A DNA stretch of 64,000 nt. Origin: Patescibacteria group bacterium (lineage in GTDB: Bacteria > Patescibacteriota > Minisyncoccia > Phycocordibacterales > Phycocordibacteraceae). Below are positions 1 through 10,210 of the stretch, piece after piece. Both the position numbers and the translations under genes were made by a program. Within the stretch, counting starts at the first letter, position 1. Each line of letters opens with the position of its first letter. The notes under the pieces are model-generated. The model was not told the DNA's origin. It saw only the letters and a program-made list of their open reading frames with translations, and ran no database searches. The DNA is taken from NCBI GenBank assembly GCA_013815345.1, contig JACDGK010000004.1, positions 10,361-74,360 on the forward strand, in the 5' to 3' direction.

Positions 1-1
1 C

Positions 2-2062
2 ATTCGTGAATTCTTTACCGCGAACCAGCTTTCACAATTCATGGATCAGCAGAATATTCTTGCCGAACTCGAGAGCATGCGTACGCTTTCGGCACTTGGT
101 CCCGGTGGCCTCACGCGCGAGCGTGCTGGTTTTGAAGTACGCGATGTGCATCCTTCGCACTATGGACGACTCTGCCCAATCCACACGCCAGAAGGTCAGA
201 ACATCGGTCTTATTCTTCGTCTTGCGCTCCATGCTCGAACGAACGAATTCGGTGTTATTGAAACCCCTTATGCGGTCGTGAAAAAAGGTCTCATCACCGA
301 AGAGATTGTGTATCTCAATGCGCTCGAAGAAGAGGAACACACGATCGCTCACGGTGCGACGCCAGTCGATGCAAAAGGCCGCATCATTGCTGAGACTATT
401 GAGGTGCGTCGCGGTGGCGAGCCTGCAGTCGTCGCGCGTGACGAGATCGATCTCATTGATTCCTCTACGTATCAAATGTTTTCCGCTGCAACCGCAATGA
501 TTCCTTTCGTGGATCATGACGACGCAAACCGTGCACTCATGGGTTCGAACATGCAGAAACAGGCGACACCCGTGCTTATTCCAGAAGCGCCATTGGTAGC
601 GACTGGTATCGAGGGACATGCAGCACGAAACACGGGCCGTCTTGTGATAGCCCAAGAATCAGGAACCGTCACTTTTGTCGACGCACGCCACGTCACAATC
701 GAAAACACTGCTGGAAAGAAGCATGAATACAAGCTTCAAGGTCTCACGCAAACCAACCAAAACTCAGCCTTCTCGCAACGTCCAAGCGTACGCATGGGTG
801 ACAAAGTAAAGAAAGGCGAGGTGCTCGCCGACGCTTCTTCGAGCGCAAACGGGCAGATGGCACTTGGACAAAATGCGCGCGTCGCATTCATGAGTTGGAA
901 CGGGGCAAACTACGAAGATGCCATTATTGTTTCTGAACGCATGGTTGAGAATTCAAAGTTTACGACCGTGCACATCGAAGATTTTGATTGTGCCGTTCGC
1001 GATACCAAGCTTGGCAGCGAAGTCACGACCCATGACATTCCAAACGTTGGAGAACTCCGACTGAAGAATCTCGACGAAGAGGGTGTGGTTCGCATCGGTG
1101 CTGAAGTCCGGCCTGGTGACATTCTCGTCGGAAAGGTCACGCCAAAAGGGGAGACGCAGCTTACCCCTGAAGAGCGCCTTCTTCGTTCTATCTTTGGTGA
1201 CAAAGCGAAAGATGTGAAGGACACCTCGCTTCGTATGGAAGGTGGCAAGCGCGGCCGTGTTATCGGCGTGCGTGTTTTCTCCCGCGAAAAAGGCGACCAG
1301 CTCGAAAGTGGCATCATCAAGAAGATCGTTGTGACCGTCGCGCAGGTTCGTAACGTATCGGTGGGCGATAAGCTCGCTGGTCGTCACGGTAACAAGGGCG
1401 TTATTTCTCGCGTGCTTCCTGTCGAGGACATGCCGTTCGATAAAGACGGCAATCCTATCGACGTCATCCTCACCCCGCTTGGTGTGCCAAGTCGTATGAA
1501 CCTTGGTCAGATTCTTGAGCTGCACCTCGGTCTTGCCGCAAACGAGCTCGGCTACCAAGCCGTCGTACCGCCATTTGCCGGCGCAACCGCTGATGAGATT
1601 CGTGACGAGCTCGAGGCTGCTGGTTTCGATCGTTCCGGCAAAATGAAACTCTTTGACGGGCTCACCGGCGAACCATTCGCTCAGCCGATCTCTGTCGGGT
1701 ACATGTACATCTTGAAACTTCATCACATGGTGGAAGACAAGATTCACATGCGTTCAATTGGTCCGTACTCGCTCATCACGCAGCAGCCGCTCGGTGGAAA
1801 GGCACAAAATGGCGGCCAGCGCTTCGGGGAAATGGAAGTCTGGGCACTTCTTGGCTACGGAGCTGCATACACGCTCCGCGAAATGCTCACCATTAAGTCC
1901 GACGATATTCAAGGACGTTCAGCAACCTTCGATGCCATTGTTAAGGATGAGCCAGTCAGTCATTCAGGTACGCCTGCATCCTTCGCCGTTCTTACCAATC
2001 AAATCCGTGGACTGGCGCTCGACATCGAGCCGATGGACTATGTGGACGATTCCAATTACTAA
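2..2062 (+). CDS. rpoB: DNA-directed RNA polymerase beta subunit, C-terminal ~687 aa (5' end lies upstream of window)
   Basis: Frame is open from base 2. Translation contains the RpoB-specific motifs GRHGNKGVISRVLPVEDMPF and NLGQILELHLG. The ORF ends at TAA 2060-2062, directly before rpoC. Confidence 0.95.
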   Translation: MREFFTANQLSQFMDQQNILAELESMRTLSALGPGGLTRERAGFEVRDVHPSHYGRLCPIHTPEGQNIGLILRLALHARTNEFGVIETPYAVVKKGLITEEIVYLNALEEEEHTIAHGATPVDAKGRIIAETIEVRRGGEPAVVARDEIDLIDSSTYQMFSAATAMIPFVDHDDANRALMGSNMQKQATPVLIPEAPLVATGIEGHAARNTGRLVIAQESGTVTFVDARHVTIENTAGKKHEYKLQGLTQTNQNSAFSQRPSVRMGDKVKKGEVLADASSSANGQMALGQNARVAFMSWNGANYEDAIIVSERMVENSKFTTVHIEDFDCAVRDTKLGSEVTTHDIPNVGELRLKNLDEEGVVRIGAEVRPGDILVGKVTPKGETQLTPEERLLRSIFGDKAKDVKDTSLRMEGGKRGRVIGVRVFSREKGDQLESGIIKKIVVTVAQVRNVSVGDKLAGRHGNKGVISRVLPVEDMPFDKDGNPIDVILTPLGVPSRMNLGQILELHLGLAANELGYQAVVPPFAGATADEIRDELEAAGFDRSGKMKLFDGLTGEPFAQPISVGYMYILKLHHMVEDKIHMRSIGPYSLITQQPLGGKAQNGGQRFGEMEVWALLGYGAAYTLREMLTIKSDDIQGRSATFDAIVKDEPVSHSGTPASFAVLTNQIRGLALDIEPMDYVDDSNY

Positions 2063-2079
2063 TTTTCACTACACTACCT

Positions 2080-5000
2080 ATGCCTACTCCTTTTCCTTCA
2101 CATAAAAAATCAATGGCAGGTCGTCCCGGCGATTGGAATGCACTTCGATTATCGCTCGCGAGTCCTGAACGTATTCTCGAATGGTCACAAGGCGAAGTGA
2201 CGAAACCAGAAACCATCAACTATCGCACTCAACGTTCTGAAAAGCACGGACTCTTCGATGAGAAGATTTTCGGTCCAGAACGTGACTACGAATGTTATTG
2301 CGGTAAGTACAAAGGTATCCGCTACAAAGGTATCGTTTGTGATAAGTGCGGTGTGGAAATCACACGCTCTATCGTACGTCGCGAACGTATGGGCCACATC
2401 GAACTCGTTACGCCGGTCGCACACATTTGGTTTCTTCGTTCGATGCCCTCACGCATGGCACTTCTTTTGGGTGTTCCGACAACCGACCTCGAAAAGGTTA
2501 TCTATTTTGCTGGATACATCGTCACGAAAGTCGCTGAAGACGTGAAAAAGCGATTGCTCGCTGAACTCGAAAGCGAGTATAAAACGAAGCACAAAGCATC
2601 GGAGACTGACGCTGCTCGCGATGCGCTCAAAGAGCGCATGACCGTGGCACGTTCGGAAATCGATAGCGTAGTAGTGGGCAAGGTATTCGACGAAGTCTCC
2701 TATCACCGTTTCTCCGTAAAATACGGCACGCTTTTTGAAGCGAAGATTGGCGCCGAAGCCATTTATGAACTATTCCGAAATCTCAAACTCGACGATCTAA
2801 AGAGGAAACTCGAGGAACGGTATCTTGTTTGCGGTGCTGCTGAACGTGAGAAACTCGCGAAGCGCATCTCCCTTATCTCTTCGATGATCGCCGCGAAGAT
2901 CCGTCCCGAATGGATGTTCCTCACGAAGATTCCCGTTATTCCGCCAGCCCTTCGTCCGATGGTTGCTCTTGAAGGTGGCCGTCACGCGACGTCCGACGTA
3001 AATGACCTTTATCGTCGCGTTATCAACCGCAACAACCGTCTCAAAAAACTCCTCGATATTCATGCGCCGGAAGTTATCCTCCGCAACGAAAAGCGTATTC
3101 TTCAGGAGGCAGTGGACGCCTTGCTTGATAATTCCATCCGTAAATCTGGCGCAAATGCTGGCGCACTTACTCCTGCGCAGCGTCGCCCGCTCAAGTCTCT
3201 TGCAGACTATCTAAAAGGGAAGCAGGGATACTTCCGTCAGAATCTTCTTGGAAAGCGCGTCGACTACTCGGGTCGCTCGGTGATCGTCGTCGGTCCAAAC
3301 CTCGAGCTCGACGAATGCGGTCTTCCAAAGCATATGGCACTTGAGCTTTTCCGGCCGTTTGTCATCGCCGGACTGCTTGGTCGCGAGCTCGCCTTTAACA
3401 TCCGTGGCGCTGGCCGTCTTATAGAAGATGGCGTACCGGAAGTGTGGGAAATTCTTGAAGAAGCGATTCAGGGCAAACACGTTCTTTTGAATCGCGCACC
3501 GACGCTTCATCGTCAGGGTATTCAGGCCTTTCGTCCGAAGCTCATCGAAGGAGACGCTATCCAGCTCCATCCACTCGTATGCCCTGCTTTCAATGCGGAC
3601 TTCGACGGGGATCAGATGGCCATCCATGTGCCGCTTTCAGAAGAAGCGCAGTGGGAAGCGGCGAACATCATGAGTGCGAATAAGAATATTCTCAAACCCG
3701 GTTCTGGCGACATGATCGTGCTCACCCAAAAGCCGCTCGATATCGTGCTCGGTACCTACTGGCTCACGAAAGAGATTGCAGGAGCGAAAGGGGAAGGTGA
3801 CTATTTTGCATCTCCAAACGCGGCGATTCTTGCACACGAATATGACGCCGTCGATCTGCGTGCAAAGATTCATGTGCTGCCAGTTTCCGGAAAAGAAAAA
3901 TATGCGGAATACGGTGACAAGACCTTTGAAACGACCATTGGACGTCTGCTCTTCAACACGGTGCTTCCTACCGACTACCCATTCGTGAATGATGCGATCA
4001 CCACGAAGGTACTGAGTAGTATCATGAGTGATTCTATTGTACGGTACGGCATCGATTCGATTCCGGGCATCGTGAACAAGATTAAAAAGTTCGGCTTCGA
4101 ATATGCGACGAAATCCGGTGTGTCGTGGAGCCTTGACGATACAATCGTTCCGGAAGGAAAGGCAGCTGTTATTGATGAGGCACGAACGAAAGTAAATCGC
4201 ATTCAAAGCGATTTCCATGATGGACTTCTTTCCGAAGAAGAGAAACGTCGTATGGTTATTGAGATTTGGCACGGCGCAAAGACGAAGGTTGAGAAGCTCG
4301 TCGAAGCCTCACTCAGTCCCATGGGTTCCGTGCATGACATGGTGCGTTCAGGTGCTCGCGGAACGACCGGAAATCTCACGCAGATGGCGGGTATGAAAGG
4401 TCTTATTCAGAACACCGCAGGAGAAACCATCGAGGTGCCTATCGTGTCTTCGATGATCGAAGGGTTGAATCCCGTCGAGTATTTCATGAGTACACACGGC
4501 GCACGTAAAGGTCTTACTGATACGGCGCTTGGTACCGCACGTGCAGGATATCTCACCCGTCGTCTTTTCGACACGGCGCAGGACTCAATCATCACGGAAA
4601 AAGATTGTGGCACCAAGCGGGGTATTGCGATCAATCGTATCTCCGCATCAGGTATTCGTATTGATTTCGCAAAGGCAGTGCGCGGACGTTCGCTTGCCAC
4701 GGAAATTTCTGATGGCCAGAAGACGATTTTTAAGAAAGGACATTACATTACTGCTGATGATTCTCAGGTAATAAATGATGCGGCAACGGTCATGTCTATT
4801 CAGGTCCGTTCTCCGATGTCGTGCGAAACTCGGTATGGTATTTGTGGCACATGCTATGGCATGGACCTTACCACGCAGCTTCCTATCGATCTCGGCGAGG
4901 CAGTCGGTACAATTGCGGCTCAGGCGATCGGCGAGCCGGGAACCCAGCTTACTATGCGTACCTTCCACGCAGGTGGAACCGCAAGTATTGGTGGTGACAT

Positions 5001-5826
5001 CACGCAGGGTCTCCCTCGTGTGGAAGAAGTTTTCGAAAAGCGCTCACCAAAGAATCCTGCCATCGTTTCCAAGATTGACGGTTTGGTAACCGATATTAAG
5101 GAAGCAGGGCGTGAAAAAATTATCGTCGTACAGCCAGAAGCAGGACAAGGCAAGAAGGATGGTTCGGCGACCGAATATCTCGCGGTGTATCCCCGCCAAG
5201 TGCTTGTAAAGATTGGCGATAAGGTTGCCAAAGGCAAGCTTATCACAGATGGCTCCGTAGACCTTGATGACCTCTTTGAGTATGCCGGCCGCGCCGCGGT
5301 CCAGGAATATATCATCACGGAGACCAGCAAGATTTACGAGCTGCAGGGAGGTTCGGTTTCTCGCAAACACCTCGAAGTGATCGTGCGACAGATGTTCTCC
5401 CGCGCGAAGATTACCGAAACGGGGGACTCTGAATTTTCCGTCGGTGATGTTGTCGAGCATTGGGAATTCGAAGAGATTTTGAAAGAGATGGAGGAGGATG
5501 GGAAGATTCCTCCGAAGGCTCGCGAAATGGTTCTCGGTATCAAAGAATCCGCACTTTCACGACGGTCGTTCCTTTCAGCTGCGTCATTCGAACAGACAAC
5601 CAAAATTCTCATCAACGCCTCTCTGAAGGGAAGCGTAGATACGCTTCGTGGACTCAAGGAAAACGTTATCCTCGGACGCCTCATTCCAGCAGGTACAGGA
5701 TTTGCGGGAAGCAAGAAACGCGAATCCATCGACAAGCTTCAAGCGACGCGTCGCACGACGATCGCAAACCAAGCAGCAATGATTGCGGAAAGGGAACTTG
5801 CCGAAGCAAAAGCGTCCGCCGCGTAA
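2080..5826 (+). CDS. rpoC: DNA-directed RNA polymerase beta' subunit (alternative start at ATG 2113)
   Basis: 1248 aa. Carries the zinc-binding motif [20 protein letters not shown], the catalytic NADFDGD motif and the trigger-loop and clamp regions. Confidence 0.95.
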   Translation: MPTPFPSHKKSMAGRPGDWNALRLSLASPERILEWSQGEVTKPETINYRTQRSEKHGLFDEKIFGPERDYECYCGKYKGIRYKGIVCDKCGVEITRSIVRRERMGHIELVTPVAHIWFLRSMPSRMALLLGVPTTDLEKVIYFAGYIVTKVAEDVKKRLLAELESEYKTKHKASETDAARDALKERMTVARSEIDSVVVGKVFDEVSYHRFSVKYGTLFEAKIGAEAIYELFRNLKLDDLKRKLEERYLVCGAAEREKLAKRISLISSMIAAKIRPEWMFLTKIPVIPPALRPMVALEGGRHATSDVNDLYRRVINRNNRLKKLLDIHAPEVILRNEKRILQEAVDALLDNSIRKSGANAGALTPAQRRPLKSLADYLKGKQGYFRQNLLGKRVDYSGRSVIVVGPNLELDECGLPKHMALELFRPFVIAGLLGRELAFNIRGAGRLIEDGVPEVWEILEEAIQGKHVLLNRAPTLHRQGIQAFRPKLIEGDAIQLHPLVCPAFNADFDGDQMAIHVPLSEEAQWEAANIMSANKNILKPGSGDMIVLTQKPLDIVLGTYWLTKEIAGAKGEGDYFASPNAAILAHEYDAVDLRAKIHVLPVSGKEKYAEYGDKTFETTIGRLLFNTVLPTDYPFVNDAITTKVLSSIMSDSIVRYGIDSIPGIVNKIKKFGFEYATKSGVSWSLDDTIVPEGKAAVIDEARTKVNRIQSDFHDGLLSEEEKRRMVIEIWHGAKTKVEKLVEASLSPMGSVHDMVRSGARGTTGNLTQMAGMKGLIQNTAGETIEVPIVSSMIEGLNPVEYFMSTHGARKGLTDTALGTARAGYLTRRLFDTAQDSIITEKDCGTKRGIAINRISASGIRIDFAKAVRGRSLATEISDGQKTIFKKGHYITADDSQVINDAATVMSIQVRSPMSCETRYGICGTCYGMDLTTQLPIDLGEAVGTIAAQAIGEPGTQLTMRTFHAGGTASIGGDITQGLPRVEEVFEKRSPKNPAIVSKIDGLVTDIKEAGREKIIVVQPEAGQGKKDGSATEYLAVYPRQVLVKIGDKVAKGKLITDGSVDLDDLFEYAGRAAVQEYIITETSKIYELQGGSVSRKHLEVIVRQMFSRAKITETGDSEFSVGDVVEHWEFEEILKEMEEDGKIPPKAREMVLGIKESALSRRSFLSAASFEQTTKILINASLKGSVDTLRGLKENVILGRLIPAGTGFAGSKKRESIDKLQATRRTTIANQAAMIAERELAEAKASAA

Positions 5827-5850
5827 ACTAATTTTTTACAGATTGGAAAA

Positions 5851-5880
5851 ACACCAGCGAAAGCCGGTGTTTTTCTTTTG
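5851..5880 (+). terminator. Rho-independent terminator after rpoC (imperfect hairpin ACACCAGC-GAAA-GCCGGTGT followed by TTTTTCTTTTG)
   Basis: Hand-identified stem of 7-8 bp with one mismatch, followed by a T-run 25 nt after the rpoC stop. Confidence 0.45.
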
Positions 5881-5923
5881 TTTTTCTGAAAATGCCTGCA
5901 TCCAGATTCTGGAGTAGAATGAG

Positions 5924-7609
5924 GTGACTATGGCCGACAGCAATGTACAGAGTATTAAGGAAAAGCTTTCGATCATCGATGTCGTAGCACCTTATGTAAA
6001 GCTTACCAAAGCCGGAAAATATATGCGTGGATTATCGCCGTTTGCGAAAGAAAAAACTCCCTCATTTTTCGTAAATGTCGATCGCGGTAGCTACTACTGT
6101 TTCTCTACGAGCCAGGGCGGCGATATTTTTACGTTTGTTGAAAAAATGGAGGGCGTGGATTTTCGTGGAGCGATGAAGCTCTTAGCAGAAAAAGCAGGCA
6201 TCGAACTCACAAATGAGCGCGGTGTCGACCACGGTCGTACCGAGCGTCTACGTGACGCGATGTCGCAAGCGGTCCAGTTCTTTGAGAGAGGTCTCTCGAA
6301 AGACTCAGCCGCATATACCTACGCTCTGTCTCGCGGACTCACATCCGAGACGATCACCTCATGGGCACTCGGCTACGCTCCCGACTCATGGCGCGGACTC
6401 CTGGAAGAACTCAACGGAAAAGGATTCTCAAATGCTGAACTCATATCAGCAGGGCTGATCAAAGAAGCCGATGGGCGGAAGGGAACGTGGTATGACCGAT
6501 TCCGTAATCGTTTAATGTTTCCGATACGAGATGCCGCCGGAAGAACCGTCGCCTTCACGGGACGCGCACTCGATCCGAACGATCAAGCGAAATATCTCAA
6601 CAGTCCTGAGACTGAACTTTTCAAGAAACATGAAGTGCTCTTTGGTATGGATCGCGCAAAAGATTCGATTCGAACGCGAGGATTCGCGATACTCGTGGAA
6701 GGTCAGTTTGATCTGCTCCTTTTGCACCAGGTTGGCTTCCAGAATACAATCGCCCTTTCGGGCACGGCACTTTCGTCCCAACATCTTTCGCTGATAAAGC
6801 GGTATGCTGACAATCTAATGCTCTGTCTCGACGCGGATACCGCGGGGCTCGCGGCAAGCGCAAAGAATGCAGAAACCGCGCTGCGCGCGGGCATGCGGGT
6901 AAAAGCCGTTCGTCTTCCTTCCGGGAAGGATCCTGCAGATCTAGCACATGAAGATCCGAAAGACTTTGCCAAGCGGGTGGGTGAGGCGCAATCTATTGTC
7001 GAATTTTTCCTTTCCGTACTTACTAGTAGCGAGAAAGATTCACATCGTCTTGTGCTCGCTGCGGAAAGGACGGTTGTTCCGCTCCTTTCCGCTATTCAAA
7101 GTCCCCTCGAGCGGGAGCATTTTGTCGGTGTTATGGCACGCACTCTCGGACTTTCGGCGGACTCAGTTCGAGCCTCACTCGCTAAAACAACGTCCCCCTC
7201 ATTTGTAAGCAAGAAAACTCCTTTGGCACCCGTAGTATCTAGTGAAAAGATAGGTTCAACTGTAGCGCGACGAGGAGAGTTCCTCTTGGCCGTAGCCGCT
7301 AATTATCCCGATACGGAGCTTGCCGAAATGCTAAAAAACGAGTATTCTCGTATAATCGGCGCCTCGGTTCCAGAAGAACCGATTCCAGAACGCGTCCTTT
7401 TTGAGGCTGGTTTATCCTTCGGGGAACCGCCCACTGAATCTGCCATTTCTGATCTTGTATCTATGCTCGAACGTGCCGTCCTCGCCGAACGTTTGAAAGA
7501 CGCGACCGACGACCTTCGTCGAGCTGAGTTAGCGGGTGATGCTACCGCTATCGCTACGCTCATCACTACCTGCAAAGACCTTTCCTCGCGCCTCGCCGTT
7601 TTTTCCTAA
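5924..7609 (+). CDS. dnaG: DNA primase DnaG (N-terminal zinc-binding-domain fold, TOPRIM core, C-terminal helicase-interaction region); Zn ligands degenerate
   Basis: 561 aa. Residues VKLTKAGKYMRGLSPFAKEKTPSF align to the E. coli DnaG zinc-binding domain (FHACCPFHNEKTPSF). The TOPRIM motifs EGQFDLL and LCLDADTAG are present. Confidence 0.9.
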   Translation: MTMADSNVQSIKEKLSIIDVVAPYVKLTKAGKYMRGLSPFAKEKTPSFFVNVDRGSYYCFSTSQGGDIFTFVEKMEGVDFRGAMKLLAEKAGIELTNERGVDHGRTERLRDAMSQAVQFFERGLSKDSAAYTYALSRGLTSETITSWALGYAPDSWRGLLEELNGKGFSNAELISAGLIKEADGRKGTWYDRFRNRLMFPIRDAAGRTVAFTGRALDPNDQAKYLNSPETELFKKHEVLFGMDRAKDSIRTRGFAILVEGQFDLLLLHQVGFQNTIALSGTALSSQHLSLIKRYADNLMLCLDADTAGLAASAKNAETALRAGMRVKAVRLPSGKDPADLAHEDPKDFAKRVGEAQSIVEFFLSVLTSSEKDSHRLVLAAERTVVPLLSAIQSPLEREHFVGVMARTLGLSADSVRASLAKTTSPSFVSKKTPLAPVVSSEKIGSTVARRGEFLLAVAANYPDTELAEMLKNEYSRIIGASVPEEPIPERVLFEAGLSFGEPPTESAISDLVSMLERAVLAERLKDATDDLRRAELAGDATAIATLITTCKDLSSRLAVFS

Positions 7610-7684
7610 GCGCACGTTTTTCCTCGTCATACTCATACGAAATTCACCCCTTTTATCTTTTCCTACTAACTCATACCTATACTT

Positions 7685-8971
7685 ATGGCTACAAAAAAGA
7701 AATCCACAAAAAAGCCAGTACGAAAAGCTGCTAAAAAAAGCGGTGTAAATAAATCTGCAAAAAAATTAAAGAAGCCTTTGAAGAAAACGCCTGCAAAAGG
7801 AATGAAAAAGAAACCGGTAAAGGTAGTAACAAAGAAGCTTTCCAAGAAAACCAAAACAATGGCGGTTGTTCGCAGTGCTGCGCAGGGAGTAAAAGCAAAA
7901 GCACTTTCGGTTCGAGATGCGCAAGCGGAGCACCTCGTAAAAAAAGGCCGCGAACGAGGCTATATTACCTATAGCGAAATTCTCAAGGAATTTCCCCATA
8001 TCGAGAATGATATTTCATTCCTTGATGAGCTCTATGAGCGTTTCAGTGGAAACGGCATCGATATTTTGGAAGGTGGCATGCTAGAAGACAATGCTGATGA
8101 ATACCTCGCAAGTCGTAACATAAAAGGACGCGAATCATCGAGCTATGATTCTATTCAAATATATCTCCGTGAGATCGGTCAGTATCCACTTTTAACCGCA
8201 GCAGAAGAGCGCAATCTTGCCCAGCGTATCGAAGCAGGGGAGGAAGAAGCGCGAGCGCTCCTCATGCGCGCAAACCTGCGTCTCGTGGTCTCCATCGCAA
8301 AGAAATACGTTGGTCGCTCGCCGGACCTTACGCTACTTGACCTTATCCAGGAGGGAAATCTCGGACTGCATAAAGCCGTCGATAAATTTGACTGGGAGAA
8401 AGGCTTTAAATTCTCAACCTATGCAACCTGGTGGATTCGTCAGGCTATTACTCGTGCGCTTGCCGACCAGTCCCGTACTATTCGTATTCCCGTGCACATG
8501 GTGGAAACTATCGCGAAATACAAGCAAATTTCCCGCCGCCTCGCGCAAGCGCTCGGCCGCGATCCGCAGCCAGAAGAAATAGCGGTAGAAATGGGCGTGG
8601 AAGTGGAAAAGATCTACCAGATCGAAAAGATCAATCAGGACACGCTTTCGCTCGAGAATCCAATCGGGTCTGATGACGACGAGAAATCCACACTCGGCGA
8701 CTTCATCGCTGACGACAAAATTCCTTCACCAGTGCAGGAGTCTTCAGAGCGCATCCTCACCGAACAGGTCCGGGATATTCTGGATGACCTTAGTCCGAAA
8801 GAACGCAAGATCCTAGAGATGCGTCATGGACTGCTCGACGGTGTGTATCACACGCTCGAAGAAGTGGGGAAGGAGTTTGGTGTGACCCGTGAACGTATCC
8901 GTCAGATCGAAGCGAAAGCACTCGAGAAAATTCGCACGCACGAAAAGAGTCGCCGATTGAAAAGTTATTAA
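7685..8971 (+). CDS. rpoD: Primary sigma factor RpoD (sigma-70) with ~60 aa lysine-rich N-terminal extension
   Basis: Region 1.1 ([13 protein letters not shown]), region 1.2/2 ([47 protein letters not shown]), region 3 and region 4 ([24 protein letters not shown]) are all recognisable. The N-terminus is [18 protein letters not shown]... Confidence 0.95.
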   Translation: MATKKKSTKKPVRKAAKKSGVNKSAKKLKKPLKKTPAKGMKKKPVKVVTKKLSKKTKTMAVVRSAAQGVKAKALSVRDAQAEHLVKKGRERGYITYSEILKEFPHIENDISFLDELYERFSGNGIDILEGGMLEDNADEYLASRNIKGRESSSYDSIQIYLREIGQYPLLTAAEERNLAQRIEAGEEEARALLMRANLRLVVSIAKKYVGRSPDLTLLDLIQEGNLGLHKAVDKFDWEKGFKFSTYATWWIRQAITRALADQSRTIRIPVHMVETIAKYKQISRRLAQALGRDPQPEEIAVEMGVEVEKIYQIEKINQDTLSLENPIGSDDDEKSTLGDFIADDKIPSPVQESSERILTEQVRDILDDLSPKERKILEMRHGLLDGVYHTLEEVGKEFGVTRERIRQIEAKALEKIRTHEKSRRLKSY

Positions 8972-8989
8972 AATATAGCTGATTAAGAT

Positions 8990-9397
8990 ATGGCACACGG
9001 GATTTTTATCACCGCATTAAACTGCATGGATGGCCGCTGTCAGGAAAAGGCGCTGGCATATACCAAGAATCTTTTTGAGAATGAAGCGAATGTCGACATG
9101 ATCACTGAGCCTGGCATCGATGGACTCCTTGCGGGAACGCATTCGGTTGTAGGTCCCGAGGAAATACCAGCTCGTATTGAGTGGATTCGTGCGAAAGCCG
9201 AGATTTCTGCAAAAGGTCACGGGTCTACACAAGTCATGATTTTCGGCCATTGCGGTTGCGCCGGGAACAAAGTCGAGCTTGATGGACACAAAGAACACCT
9301 GCGTCTCGCAAAAAAAACAGTAGAAGGCTGGGGCCTGTTTAAAGAGGTGCAGATTGCTGTTTTTAACGAAGCATTTGAAGTTGAGCCGGTTTCGTAA
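8990..9397 (+). CDS. Hypothetical 135 aa protein with beta-carbonic-anhydrase-like CxDxR (NCMDGRC) and HxxC (IFGHCGCAG) motifs; too short for a full beta-CA
   Basis: ORF placed 18 nt after rpoD. The two motifs are spaced roughly as in beta-class carbonic anhydrases, but the C-terminal half of that fold is absent. Confidence 0.5.
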   Translation: MAHGIFITALNCMDGRCQEKALAYTKNLFENEANVDMITEPGIDGLLAGTHSVVGPEEIPARIEWIRAKAEISAKGHGSTQVMIFGHCGCAGNKVELDGHKEHLRLAKKTVEGWGLFKEVQIAVFNEAFEVEPVS

Positions 9398-9412
9398 TAG
9401 TTAAAAAAGAAA

Positions 9413-9448
9413 GGCCCTGTTCGCGCTTGCGCGAACAGCGCCTTTTGA
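9413..9448. terminator. Bidirectional intrinsic terminator between convergent genes (GGCCCTGTTCGCGC-TT-GCGCGAACAGCGCC, A-run upstream, T-run downstream)
   Basis: 13-14 bp GC-rich palindrome with one mismatch, flanked by AAAAAAGAAA upstream and TTTTGA downstream. Confidence 0.55.
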
Positions 9449-9460
9449 ATTGTGTCGTGG

Positions 9461-10072
9461 TTAGAGACTGCTTCCCAGCCGTTCATTACCTTGATCGATG
9501 GCGAGGAAATTGCCCCATCTATGACGGTTAAACCAATAGAGCTCTTTGTAGGGATTGGCCGCCCCGCCGTGGTCGACGTGCAAGCCGATCAAGATCTCTA
9601 TTTCGCGAGATTTCTCTCGAAAGAGACTGAGAAGAGCCTCTTTGGCACGAGAGTACAGTCCTAGCTGTTCGTCCATGGTGAGCTCGGCGTTGTTAGCGAC
9701 GCCGCATGGCCAGTGACCATAGATGCTGATCGCGTGAAGATTCTTGAGCTCGATGGCGAGAAGAATGTCATCGAGCCACATCTGACTCTCGAACGGTTTT
9801 GCCACCGATGACTCGGGAGCGATTCTCAGACCGAGTCCGTTGTTGGCAATCACGTGGTGACAGTGACGCCCACTGCACTGAAGCCAGTGGCGCATCATGA
9901 TGTTTTGCATCTGATCCCCATCGCTGCAGGATATGGTCAGCGTCCCTTCATTTCCTGGGAACAGTCGGGGACTCATCGGAACCAAAACCTCAGCGACAAC
10001 AAGTTGACCGATATAGGCAGCTTCTTGCTGAAGCCGCTCACTCGAAAAATCAAATCCCATGTTTTTCTCCAA
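9461..10072 (-). CDS. Hypothetical Cys/His-rich cytoplasmic protein (possible papain-like/NlpC-P60-like Cys-His hydrolase; motifs QCSGRHCHH, IYGHWPCG)
   Basis: 203 aa ORF with no signal peptide. The motif match to known families is weak. Confidence 0.55.
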   Translation of the reverse strand: MEKNMGFDFSSERLQQEAAYIGQLVVAEVLVPMSPRLFPGNEGTLTISCSDGDQMQNIMMRHWLQCSGRHCHHVIANNGLGLRIAPESSVAKPFESQMWLDDILLAIELKNLHAISIYGHWPCGVANNAELTMDEQLGLYSRAKEALLSLFREKSREIEILIGLHVDHGGAANPYKELYWFNRHRWGNFLAIDQGNERLGSSL

Positions 10073-10210
10073 AGAAAAAGTGAAACGTCCACTTTATATC
10101 ATACACATTTTATTGATTTTTGTAAAGGTCATCGACTCCATTGTTCGAGGGCGATTTATGTGGCAAGGTAAAGCCAGAACATAGCCATGGTGGCAAGGAA
10201 GGAATAGAAA

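Noticed and set aside
910-5735. Numerous 60-260 aa ORFs antisense or out of frame inside rpoB/rpoC (for example 953-1747 -, 3211-3627 -, 3637-4272 -, 5334-5735 -)
   Set aside because: They lie fully within strongly conserved RNAP coding sequence on the opposite strand or in alternate frames. They have low-complexity, Arg/Ser-rich composition and no RBS, so they are spurious shadow ORFs.
10073-10210. Direct repeat GTGGCAAGG ... GTGGCAAGG, 23 nt apart, immediately upstream of purB; considered as a PurR-type operator
   Set aside because: It does not match known PurBox/PurR consensus sequences, and two 9-mers in a promoter region can occur by chance. Not enough evidence for a regulatory call.
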